From a virus, in the IMG/VR virus record IMGVR_UViG_3300048999_000191: a stretch of DNA of 64,000 nt, one strand, 5' to 3'. Position 1 is the first letter of the stretch, and the number at the start of each line of letters is the position of its first letter. The position numbers were made by a program, and so were the translations under genes. Shown here piece by piece: positions 56,321 to 64,000 of this stretch. Under the pieces are notes generated by a model that worked only from the letters and a program-made list of their open reading frames with translations, did not search any database and was not told where the DNA came from.

Positions 56321-56340
56321 TGTGGGTCAAGCTCCGCCGC

Positions 56341-56712
56341 TCAGGCGTCCTGCGCGGCACGGTCCATGGCCTCGGCGAGCATCCGCTGGCGCGGCGCGTC
56401 GTCCCAGGTGTGCGGGCCGGTCAGGGCCTTGATCGCCGAGGCGATGGCGCCCTGGCCGTGCGTGTACGTGTCGTCCTGCATCAGCACGTCGCCCGCCGGG
56501 CCGCTGTCGGTGGCGGGACGGCCGCACACGAAGAACTGGGTCATGTGCATGTACTGGCCCTCGCCGGTGCGGGTGAAGCCCTCCTCGGTGACCGCGTACA
56601 GCTCGGTGCCGGGCACCTGGGCCTGCCAGTAGCGCAGCATCGTGTGCTCATCCGAGATGAAGCTGGGCTGCTCGGGGCTGGTCAGCTCGACGTGGTCCAG
56701 GGCGATGGCCAT
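56341..56712 (-). CDS. Hypothetical protein
   Basis: 123 aa; own promoter. Confidence 0.65.
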   Translation of the reverse strand: MAIALDHVELTSPEQPSFISDEHTMLRYWQAQVPGTELYAVTEEGFTRTGEGQYMHMTQFFVCGRPATDSGPAGDVLMQDDTYTHGQGAIASAIKALTGPHTWDDAPRQRMLAEAMDRAAQDA

Positions 56713-56747
56713 CGGTTCCTCCGGTGTCGGTTGGTGATGACCTTATA

Positions 56748-56763
56748 CTACCCGATCGGGTAG
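56748..56763 (-). promoter_or_regulatory. Palindromic operator filling promoter spacer
   Basis: ctacccgatcgggtag; TTGACC-18-TAAGGT. Confidence 0.88.
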
Positions 56764-56978
56764 GGTCAAGACTGGACAGAAGGTGGACAGTTACCGGCGG
56801 TCGTCCAAGATGTCCAGCTCATCCCAGACCTCCGGCGGCTCTTCGAGCGAGACCTGCTCGCGGCAGGTCTCCGTGTCAACGGTGGTGACTGTGCCGTCGT
56901 CCTGCATGTACGCAATCTCCAGGCGATCCGGCGAAAGCCAGACATGGGTGATCATGCTGTTCCTCCAGGGGAGGTAGG

Positions 56979-57015
56979 CCGGACGGGGCGGGAAGAGAAT
57001 TGCCGCCCCGTCCGG
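56979..57015 (-). terminator. Terminator-like hairpin after ardC
   Basis: CCGGACGGGGCGG/CCGCCCCGTCCGG. Confidence 0.7.
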
Positions 57016-57020
57016 GGCTC

Positions 57021-57959
57021 TCAGGCGGCCGTGGTGGCCTTGTCGTCCTCGGTCTCCTCCTTGGCCACGGCGCGGCCCAAAACCATGTCAGCGGCCTTCT
57101 GGGCCTTCCCGGCGGCCACGATGACCGCGCGCGGGTCCTCCTTGATCGTCTTGATCCAGGAGGCCAGGTAGGCGGCCGAGTTCTTCTGGGTGCTCTCGAT
57201 GCCGGTCTCGGCGCAGAGGAACGCGGCGCCCATCTCGGCGATCAGCTCCTCGCGGCCGTAGGCGTGGCTGCCGAAGGCGTTGTTGCGGCTCTCCGCGCGG
57301 TTCAGGCGGTGCTCGGCGGCGGTCGAGTGGGTCAGCTCGTGGAACAGCGTCGCGTGGTACTCGTCCAGGCCGTGGAAGCTCTCCTTCAGCGGCATGGTCA
57401 GCTCGTCGGTGGCCCAGGTGAAGTGCGCCGAGTCGCCGCCGTGCTTGATGACCGGCTTGGCCTCCCAGGCGTCCACCACGGCCTGCGCGGCCGCGTGGCG
57501 CTCCTCGGGGCTGGGGACCGGACGGGCCACCGGGAAGGCGTCCTTCGGCAGTTTCTCGATGCCCTCGGTCTGGTCCAGGTTGAACACGTAGAAGTGCTTG
57601 AGCAGCGGGATCATCTTCTTCTTGCCGGTCGCCTCGTCCTCGATCGGCAGCAGCTTCCAGAAGGTGACCAGGGTGCCCTTCTGCGAGCCCTTCTCGCCCT
57701 TCAGGTGACCGCCCAGCTTGGCCATCTGGTTGAAGGTCAACCAGTACGCGCTGCGGTAACCCTTCTCGGCCTGCTCCAGGCCCAGCAGGAAGGCGTTGAC
57801 GCCCCGGTAGGCCTTGCCCGAGGAGAGCGACTTCGGCGCGCCGGTGACGCTGTCCCACGGCTTGTTCCACGGCGCGGTGCCGTTCTCCAGCGCGGTCAGG
57901 ATCTTGGTGGTGACGACGTCGTAGACATCGACCTTGGGCTTGCGGGCGGTGGTGGCCAT
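57021..57959 (-). CDS. ardC: ArdC-family ssDNA-binding antirestriction protein (DUF1738 + zincin-like domain)
   Basis: Y..VT.KI...LE.G..PW.KPW, Y.GVN, WLTFNQ, VFNLDQ, TLFHELTHST, FGS..Y.REELIAE.GAAF, AAYL.SW. Confidence 0.93.
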   Translation of the reverse strand: MATTARKPKVDVYDVVTTKILTALENGTAPWNKPWDSVTGAPKSLSSGKAYRGVNAFLLGLEQAEKGYRSAYWLTFNQMAKLGGHLKGEKGSQKGTLVTFWKLLPIEDEATGKKKMIPLLKHFYVFNLDQTEGIEKLPKDAFPVARPVPSPEERHAAAQAVVDAWEAKPVIKHGGDSAHFTWATDELTMPLKESFHGLDEYHATLFHELTHSTAAEHRLNRAESRNNAFGSHAYGREELIAEMGAAFLCAETGIESTQKNSAAYLASWIKTIKEDPRAVIVAAGKAQKAADMVLGRAVAKEETEDDKATTAA

Positions 57960-58004
57960 GTTGTCCTCCGGTGCGGACGGTGTTCTTTGCTGACAAGAAG
58001 GACA

Positions 58005-58020
58005 CTACCCGTTTAGGTAG
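58005..58020 (-). promoter_or_regulatory. Palindromic operator in ardC promoter
   Basis: ggaca-ctacccgtttaggtag-tgtcc; TTGACG-17-TAGTGT; RBS hairpin 57963-57978. Confidence 0.88.
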
Positions 58021-58045
58021 TGTCCGTCAAGCCCCTTCGGCGACA

Positions 58046-58330
58046 TCAGTCCAGCGGATCTTCGCCGGGTTCGAGGATCATCCAGGGACTGCCACCCGCA
58101 TCGACCAGTACACGGGTGCCCGGGTGATCGAACAATTCCAGCAGCACCTGGCCCTCGGGCATGTTCTCGGGCGTGAAGCCCACGAAAATCATCGAAGGGA
58201 CCGGCCAGGCCATTGGGTGCGGCTCGACGCTGGTCACCCGCACGACGGGGTACAGGGACCGTTCCCGGGTGCAGAACAGCCGGGAGCCGACCAGATCAGG
58301 CGTAGTGGATTCCAGGGTCAGGGGACGCAT
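58046..58330 (-). CDS. Hypothetical protein
   Basis: 94 aa. Confidence 0.5.
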   Translation of the reverse strand: MRPLTLESTTPDLVGSRLFCTRERSLYPVVRVTSVEPHPMAWPVPSMIFVGFTPENMPEGQVLLELFDHPGTRVLVDAGGSPWMILEPGEDPLD

Positions 58331-58334
58331 GCGA

Positions 58335-58562
58335 TCAGCCCGCGTTGAAATTCTCGTGCACGACGCCCTGCTTCACGCGGGGTCCTGCCGTGCCGAGCTT
58401 CTGGAGCTTCGCCTTCCCGTGCGCCCAGACGTCCGGCGACTGGTCACCACGCGTGCCCTTCGCCAGCTCGCGAGCGAGCTTCGGCGTGGCCGCCGCGACC
58501 ACGAGCGACTCCATCTCGTCGTAGCCGCAGTCCGGGCGTTCGATCAGGTAGAGGTTCAGCAT
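58335..58562 (-). CDS. Small phage protein
   Basis: LYLI.R...GYDE..S.VVAA...V....FNAG. Confidence 0.7.
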   Translation of the reverse strand: MLNLYLIERPDCGYDEMESLVVAAATPKLARELAKGTRGDQSPDVWAHGKAKLQKLGTAGPRVKQGVVHENFNAG

Positions 58563-58620
58563 GGCCGGTTCCCTTCGTGGAAGTGGCGGAGCGCCGGTGT
58601 GGCGCCCCGCCGGGGTGGAG

Positions 58621-58965
58621 TCAGTAGGTGATCGAGCCGCCGTCCATGCCGACCGGCATGACTCCGGCCTTGGCCAGCGCGCAGGCCTCGTCGGCGTCTT
58701 CGGCGTACTCCCAGCCCTCGTCGGCCCGGTTCTGCGCCCAGACGTGCTCGTGACCGGCTTCGCAGACGAACGCCCGGCCGTCGTCCCACGCCAGCGCGTC
58801 GCAGTTGAGGACGATCCGACCGCCGTCCTCGTCGGTCAGGTAACCCCAGCGGTCACGCGCGTAGGACTGCCAGCTGCACGGGCCAGCCTGCCCGGCGTAG
58901 CAGCGGCGGACCCCTTCGACGGTGAGATGGGTGCCCTTGCAGTTCCCGCAGGTGATGCTCGACAT
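58621..58965 (-). CDS. Small Cys/His-rich protein
   Basis: ITCGNCK..H..V..VR.C; promoter and RBS hairpin. Confidence 0.7.
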   Translation of the reverse strand: MSSITCGNCKGTHLTVEGVRRCYAGQAGPCSWQSYARDRWGYLTDEDGGRIVLNCDALAWDDGRAFVCEAGHEHVWAQNRADEGWEYAEDADEACALAKAGVMPVGMDGGSITY

Positions 58966-59015
58966 TCTGGCCTCCGGTGCGGCGCTCGCTTCGTGCTGAC
59001 AAGAGGAACGCTACA

Positions 59016-59031
59016 CTACCCATCCGGGTAG
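59016..59031 (-). promoter_or_regulatory. Palindromic operator filling promoter spacer
   Basis: ctacccatccgggtag; TTGACA-18-TAGCGT. Confidence 0.88.
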
Positions 59032-59234
59032 TGTCAACTACCAAGGTGCCCGGGGGCGGTGGATGACGCGCAGGCCCTGGCGCAGGATTCCCGGCGGAAG
59101 TGGCTCGATGGTCATCAGCCACATCGTCAGAACGGTGAGGATCCAGGCCAGCTGGCGAGCCAACCGGAGCAGCATCAGGACGCTCCAGCCGACCCACCGC
59201 AGGAAGTAGAACGTGACCAAGTCGTCGTACACGA

Positions 59235-59456
59235 TCAGACCTGCGTGGCGGCGGCGACGAGGATTGTGGGTGCTGTCGGGTGGGCGCGGAGAAGCCCCGC
59301 CATGATCCGGGCCTGGCTCTTGCCGCTGGACAGCGTGACCGTCCAGTCGCCGTGCTCGTCGCGGATGAAGATCATGTGTCGAATGTCCGAACGGGAGCTG
59401 GAGAGCGTGACTCGGCGTCCCAGGGAGTTCTTGGCGGTGTAGGCGATCTTCGACAT
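59235..59456 (-). CDS. Hypothetical protein
   Basis: 73 aa; promoter and RBS hairpin. Confidence 0.65.
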   Translation of the reverse strand: MSKIAYTAKNSLGRRVTLSSSRSDIRHMIFIRDEHGDWTVTLSSGKSQARIMAGLLRAHPTAPTILVAAATQV

Positions 59457-59501
59457 CTGGGCCTCCGGTGCGGCTCGGTGCTTGATGGGTTTAACGGTAC
59501 A

Positions 59502-59517
59502 CTACCCGAGTGGGTAG
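59502..59517 (-). promoter_or_regulatory. Palindromic operator filling promoter spacer
   Basis: ctacccgagtgggtag; TTGACA-18-TACCGT. Confidence 0.88.
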
Positions 59518-59738
59518 TGTCAAGCCATCTCCTCCAGCGAGTCGTACTCCACCGCCACCCGCTTACCGTCCACGAAGAGCACGGCGAGCGCGAGGGCATG
59601 GCGGCCGCCGGAGAGGCTGCCCAGGTAGGTGCCTTCCACCTGGTCGCCGGTCTCCGGCACGACGCCAGTCACCTCGGTGCCGATGTCCGGTTCACGCATC
59701 AGCTGCCCCGTTCACGTTTCACGCGTCCTCGGGCCAAT

Positions 59739-60317
59739 TCACGCACCACGGCTGGCCGCCCAGGAGTCCAAGGCGTCCCACAAGGCGTGTTCGCGGCGCC
59801 AGACGACATCGATGACCACGAGATCTGCCGCGTCAGCGATGGCTCGGGACGCGGCGCCGGAGACGTACCGGATGGAATCGTCGTAACGCGGCTTCCCTCG
59901 GCCGCCCACCTCGCCCCACTCGGAGTAGCGCACCAGCGGCTCGTCGTGAACGAGGCTGTCCAGCACGAGCATGCCCGCGCTTTCCATGACGGCCCGGAAG
60001 GTGTGCAGCTTGGCCCGATCCAGGAAGCCCTCGACGAAGGCCCGGGTTTCCACCAGCTGCTCGTCTTCGCTGAAGGTGCCGCCGGGCTGGCTCTGATAGG
60101 TGAAGAACCCGGCGGCGTTCGCCCGCGCGAGCACGGGCAACAGGGGTTCCGTCTCCGCGTCCGGCACGTCATAACCGCCCGGGTGCGCACCCAGTTCGCC
60201 TCGGGCCCACTGGGCTCCGCACTGGCCCAGCTCGTCGACACTCTTGGCCTCGCGCCACTGGCGGCGCTGTTGGCGGTAGTAGGCCCGGTCACTCCAGGCG
60301 TCCAGCAAGTTGATCAC
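59739..60317 (-). CDS. DUF6919-like hypothetical protein
   Basis: W..A..V.ELG...A.W..G...HPG, L...N.AGF.T..SQPG, Q...RAFVEGF, IDVVW.R...LW..L. Confidence 0.65.
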   Translation of the reverse strand: MINLLDAWSDRAYYRQQRRQWREAKSVDELGQCGAQWARGELGAHPGGYDVPDAETEPLLPVLARANAAGFFTYQSQPGGTFSEDEQLVETRAFVEGFLDRAKLHTFRAVMESAGMLVLDSLVHDEPLVRYSEWGEVGGRGKPRYDDSIRYVSGAASRAIADAADLVVIDVVWRREHALWDALDSWAASRGA

Positions 60318-60742
60318 ATGAGTCCCCTCTCGGCGTAGATGCGCAGCTGGTCCTCCAGCGCGTGGGAGACGCTGCGTCGGCTGGCCAGGATGGCCGCCTT
60401 CGCCTCGTCGTACGGGGCGCGCGGCACGATGAAGCGCAGCCGGGCGCGGGGCGTCTTGGCGCGGAACGGCGGGCGCCGCGCGGGGTCGTAGGCGGGATCC
60501 GGCCGGGCCTCGGCGGCGGCCGCGAACAGCAGAGCGCGAGCGACGGCGGCGTAGTCCACTCCGTCGCTCTCCGCGCGCTTGCTGGCGAGCCGGTTCACCT
60601 CGGCGTCGAGCAGGATGTCCGCCTCGAAGGTGGGCTGCTCCGGGTCGATGCCGTGCTGAGCCAGGATCTTCGAGAACGTGGCCTGAATCCGGGCCACCTG
60701 CGCATAGCCGCGTGCGTACCGGCCGATGCGTTCGATCGTCAC
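60314..60742 (-). CDS. Putative tandem ribbon-helix-helix DNA-binding protein
   Basis: Two beta-alpha-alpha-like units: FEADILLDAEVNRLASKRAESDGVDYAAVARALL and RLRFIVPRAPYDEAKAAILASRRSVSHALEDQL. Confidence 0.55.
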   Translation of the reverse strand: MTIERIGRYARGYAQVARIQATFSKILAQHGIDPEQPTFEADILLDAEVNRLASKRAESDGVDYAAVARALLFAAAAEARPDPAYDPARRPPFRAKTPRARLRFIVPRAPYDEAKAAILASRRSVSHALEDQLRIYAERGLM

Positions 60743-61185
60743 GCCTTGGCGTCCTCGGTCAGCTCGTCCTCGACGGCCAGGCCGACCTTCTCCACCGCGA
60801 CTACCTCCCAGGTCTCGGCGTACACGCCGTACAGCTTGACGACCGCGTCGTGCGCCAGGGCCACGGCTTCCACGTGATCGCGCGGCGGCCAGGTGACGAA
60901 CTTGTGGACGTAACCATCCACAAAGGTCGCTCGCCAGATCTCCTTGTCCTTCTGGGTGTGCTGGGCGGTCCAGCGCATGCCCACCGGAGTCATCGGCAGG
61001 TGATCACCGTTGCCCTGGGCCTTGGAGGTCCACTCCAGGCTCGCGCGCCGCTCCTTCGAGGGCTTCCCGCCGGTGTGCTTGGCCACCCACTCCGCCGAGC
61101 CGTCGAAGGCCTTCCCGAACGACTTGCCCGCTCGCGCGAAAAGGCCCGGCCCCTTCTTCTTCGGCCGCTTATTCGCCTTGGCCAT
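60739..61185 (-). CDS. Hypothetical protein
   Basis: 148 aa, GGGAGG RBS. Confidence 0.65.
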   Translation of the reverse strand: MAKANKRPKKKGPGLFARAGKSFGKAFDGSAEWVAKHTGGKPSKERRASLEWTSKAQGNGDHLPMTPVGMRWTAQHTQKDKEIWRATFVDGYVHKFVTWPPRDHVEAVALAHDAVVKLYGVYAETWEVVAVEKVGLAVEDELTEDAKA

Positions 61186-61231
61186 GATCCCTCCCGGGTT
61201 GGTTCAGGATTGTGTACTCGCAGGGTATGTT

Positions 61232-61250
61232 ACCCCGTAGGCTACGGGGT
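61232..61250. promoter_or_regulatory. Inverted repeat in divergent intergenic region
   Basis: ACCCCGTAG G CTACGGGGT at the strand switch. Confidence 0.5.
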
Positions 61251-61265
61251 GAGTATCCTACGGTC

Positions 61266-61535
61266 ATGACTTACGACCCTGAGCGTGACGAGACCCCGAG
61301 CTACGAGGGCGAGGTGGTCGAGGAGAAGGCCCGCATGCGCCCGCGTACGAAGGTGGCACTCGGCGGGCTCGTGGGCCTCGGCGTCTCGATCGTCGCCGAG
61401 CAGTACCTGATCGCCATCGGGCTGATCTGCGCCTACGTCGCGTGGATGTTCGTCCGCACGTGGCTGGCGAAGCGGCGCCGCGACCGCGCATGGCTCGACG
61501 GCGGCGGAACGATCGAGCGAGGAGGGATCCTGTGA
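61266..61535 (+). CDS. Small two-TM membrane protein (Spd-like)
   Basis: Hydrophobic pair of helices; first gene of + strand block. Confidence 0.65.
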   Translation: MTYDPERDETPSYEGEVVEEKARMRPRTKVALGGLVGLGVSIVAEQYLIAIGLICAYVAWMFVRTWLAKRRRDRAWLDGGGTIERGGIL

Positions 61536-62332
61536 AGCTGCCCGATGGCGGCAAGCTCGTGTCCTGGACGGGCTTCATCTTCGGCACGGCGGTGTCGGTC
61601 GCCGCGAATGTGCTGGCCGCCAGGATCCCGCCCGATCACGCCGCGTCGGACTGGACCCCTCGCACGGACACCCAGTTGGGCTCGGCGGTCTGGCCGCTGG
61701 CGCTGCTGCTGTCGATCGAGGTGCTCGCACGGGTCGCCTGGCCCAAGGGCGTCTGGTGGAACGTCGCACGCTTCGGTGGCCTGAGCATCGTGGCCAGCGG
61801 TGCGTTCGTCATCTCCTACCAGCACATCAACCACGTGCTGGCCTCGTGGGGCTACGAATGGCTGAGCCAGGGCGTCGGCCCGCTGGTGATCGACGGCTTG
61901 ATGGTCATCTGCGGCGTGGCGATGCTGGCCAAGCCGGGCGCGCTGCGCAAGCTGCTCGCGGGCAAGGACGCGCCGGAGCGGAGGGACGTCATTCCCGAGG
62001 TCCCGAAGCCGATGCTGCGGCCGCTGAACGAGCCGAACATCGGCGGCCCGAGTAAGTCCTCGTCCGTCGAGGACTCGACGGCCCCGGCTGAGCTGGAGCA
62101 CGGCGTCCCGGCGCAGCGCAACGGACACCGGGTGTCGGCAGCGCTGAAGACCGGCCCGAAGCCGCGCAAGACCTCGGGCCAGAGCGACGAGGAGATCGCC
62201 ACCCTGCTGCGCGGGGAGATCGAGCGGGACGAGAACCCGGACCTCACCAAGCGCGGCGTGATGACGCGATTCGGCGTCGGCGCACCGCGCTGGACCAAGA
62301 TCACCGAGCTACTGAAGAAGGAGGAGTCGTGA
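61532..62332 (+). CDS. DUF2637-family membrane protein (actinomycete conjugative element type)
   Basis: VSVAANV, WPLALLLSIEVL.R..W, ISYQH, PL.IDGLM; HTH-like C-terminus. Confidence 0.75.
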   Translation: MKLPDGGKLVSWTGFIFGTAVSVAANVLAARIPPDHAASDWTPRTDTQLGSAVWPLALLLSIEVLARVAWPKGVWWNVARFGGLSIVASGAFVISYQHINHVLASWGYEWLSQGVGPLVIDGLMVICGVAMLAKPGALRKLLAGKDAPERRDVIPEVPKPMLRPLNEPNIGGPSKSSSVEDSTAPAELEHGVPAQRNGHRVSAALKTGPKPRKTSGQSDEEIATLLRGEIERDENPDLTKRGVMTRFGVGAPRWTKITELLKKEES

Positions 62333-64000
62333 GCGGTGAGTCGAAGGGGGTCGTGAAGGAGATCCTCGGCACGGCGGGCGGCGTGCTCGTCGCCGAGGGG
62401 ATCGGGCGGGGGTGGAAGCGCGGCCGCAAGCTGATGTTCCGGTGGCGGCGCGCGCTCACCCCGCTGTGGTTCGGGTTCCTGATCTTCCTGACCTGCGTCA
62501 TCTGGCGCTGGCAGATCCCGCAGTGGTGGCCGATCGTGCTCACCATCCCGGTCGGCGGCGGCCTGCTGGCGGTCTTCGGGCCGAAGCTGTCGGATCGCTG
62601 GTCCCGGGTGGCGATGGCCTTCGTGCCCAGTGGGCTCGACAAGGGCAAGGACGGCGTGCTGGACCGGCTCGTGGAGCGGATCTACTTCGGCACGCTCACC
62701 ACCTACATCGGCGCCTACATGGTCCTACGCATCGTGGACGGCTCCAGTTCGTTCTCCGGCTACATGTGGCAGATCGGAGTGGCTGCCTTCGGCGGCGCCT
62801 GGTGGTACCACCGCCGGGTGCGGGTGGCCGGACGGGCCGACCGCTTCGCGAAGAAGTGGCCGAAGCTCTCCGACAAGACGACCTGCCCGCCCCGGCTCGC
62901 GCCGCTGGTCGGCTCGAAGGTGGTCGACGCGCGGGCGTACGGCAAGACCTCGGTGCTGAAGATCCGGCTCGGCGAAGGCCACACTGTGGACTCCGTCTCG
63001 CACCTGCGTGACGCGCTGGCGAGCTTCTTCGGGATGCGCCCGTCCTCGGTGTTCATCGCGCCGGACCAGGACCAGGCTCGCAACGTGGTCATGACCTTCC
63101 TGCCGAAGGACCCCTGGGACGGCAAGATCGCGCACCCGATCTTCACCGATAGCGAGATCAAGCCGGGCGAGATCAGCCTGAAGTCGATGGGCAAGCGCTT
63201 CGCCATGGGCCTGCACGCCCACGGCGAACGGATCATGTACCAGCTTCAGCACACGCTGGTGGTCGGCGCGTCCGACTCGGGCAAGTCCGGCTGGCTGCAC
63301 TCGCTGATGGCGTGGCTGGTCAGCTTCTTCGACGTCGTGATCGTCGGCATCGACATGGCCGCCGGGGCGACGCTGGGCGTCTGGCGCAAGACCCTCGCGC
63401 TGCCGCTGGCCGAGGACGTGGACTCGGCGGTCGTCATCCTGGAGCGCGTCTTCGGCGTGATCCGGGACCGGGAGTCCCGGCTGGGCCTGGCCTCGGAGGA
63501 CGACGACGACGCCGAGGACAGCGTCGAGCCCGACCGCAAGACCCCGTGGCTGATCCTGGTGATCGACGAGTTCCCGGACCTGCTGGCCGAGGCCAAGGCG
63601 ACCACGAAGTACAACGGAGACGGCAAGGCCGACGGCAACATGCTGAACTACGTGATCGCCCTGCTGTCGCGGATCGCGAAGAAGGCGCGCAAGTGTGGCG
63701 TGCGGATCGTCATCGCGAGCCAGAACGGGACCAAGGCGGACCTGGGCTCGAAGGAGATGCAGGCCCAGCTGCGCGCGATCGTGGGCCTGGGCCTGGACCC
63801 GCTCCAGTCCAAGAACCTCTGGCAGAACGACATGCACCGGGGCTGGAACTCGACGGCACTACGGAACGGCCAGTTCCTCCTGAAGGACGACGAGCACGGG
63901 ACTCCGGACCCGGGCAAGGGGTACTGGGTCGAGAACAAGGACCGCCGGGATCTCGTCAAGAAGGTGGCGCCGAAGGGATACCGCGAGGTCTTCCTGGAGC
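62329..64000 (+). CDS. TraB-like FtsK/SpoIIIE DNA translocase (partial, runs off window)
   Basis: GTG at 62329; N-terminal TM segments; Walker A HTLVVGASDSGKS; Walker B WLILVIDEF; IAKKARKCGVRIVIASQ; absent from ORF track because open-ended. Confidence 0.85.
   Translation, partial: MSGESKGVVKEILGTAGGVLVAEGIGRGWKRGRKLMFRWRRALTPLWFGFLIFLTCVIWRWQIPQWWPIVLTIPVGGGLLAVFGPKLSDRWSRVAMAFVPSGLDKGKDGVLDRLVERIYFGTLTTYIGAYMVLRIVDGSSSFSGYMWQIGVAAFGGAWWYHRRVRVAGRADRFAKKWPKLSDKTTCPPRLAPLVGSKVVDARAYGKTSVLKIRLGEGHTVDSVSHLRDALASFFGMRPSSVFIAPDQDQARNVVMTFLPKDPWDGKIAHPIFTDSEIKPGEISLKSMGKRFAMGLHAHGERIMYQLQHTLVVGASDSGKSGWLHSLMAWLVSFFDVVIVGIDMAAGATLGVWRKTLALPLAEDVDSAVVILERVFGVIRDRESRLGLASEDDDDAEDSVEPDRKTPWLILVIDEFPDLLAEAKATTKYNGDGKADGNMLNYVIALLSRIAKKARKCGVRIVIASQNGTKADLGSKEMQAQLRAIVGLGLDPLQSKNLWQNDMHRGWNSTALRNGQFLLKDDEHGTPDPGKGYWVENKDRRDLVKKVAPKGYREVFLE

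Noticed and set aside
8983-59475. RBS hairpin as a canonical CsrA/RsmA site
   Set aside because: GGA-in-loop is reminiscent, but the loop has a pyrimidine where ANGGA needs A; no csrA seen; kept only as an analogy
9483-59517. Repeated palindrome as a CRISPR array
   Set aside because: Copies are separated by hundreds to thousands of bp of genes rather than 30-40 bp spacers; no cas genes seen
9483-59517. Palindromes as integron attC sites
   Set aside because: No GTTRRRY/RYYYAAC ends or extrahelical-base pattern and no integrase in the window; geometry fits -35/-10 promoters

Overview
High-GC DNA from a large actinobacterial phage or phage-plasmid. Left end (1-8.1 kb, minus strand): head-morphogenesis block with a portal-like gene and large acidic head/scaffold-type proteins. 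About 8.2-61.2 kb: dense, almost entirely minus-strand accessory region of more than 100 small, mostly unknown genes, plus LuxR HTH, Thg1, MazG-like, methyltransferase-like, PnuC-like, orphan DUF397, HNH, an atypical tRNA-Phe, DEDD exonuclease, DUF262, metallophosphoesterase, ParB-like and ArdC genes. Right end (61.3-64 kb, plus strand): actinomycete conjugation-type block (membrane protein, DUF2637, TraB/FtsK-SpoIIIE ATPase). The most striking signal is non-coding. About 30 copies of a 16-bp palindrome CTACCC-N4-GGGTAG are built into TTGAC-N17/18-TAGNNT promoters. More than 30 copies of a short covarying RNA hairpin (8-nt loop RCAYNGGA) overlap the Shine-Dalgarno of the first downstream gene. 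Together they suggest a genome-wide transcriptional plus translational control module that includes ardC. Several candidate structured ncRNAs are also present. All family calls come from motif recognition by eye; no database searches were run.
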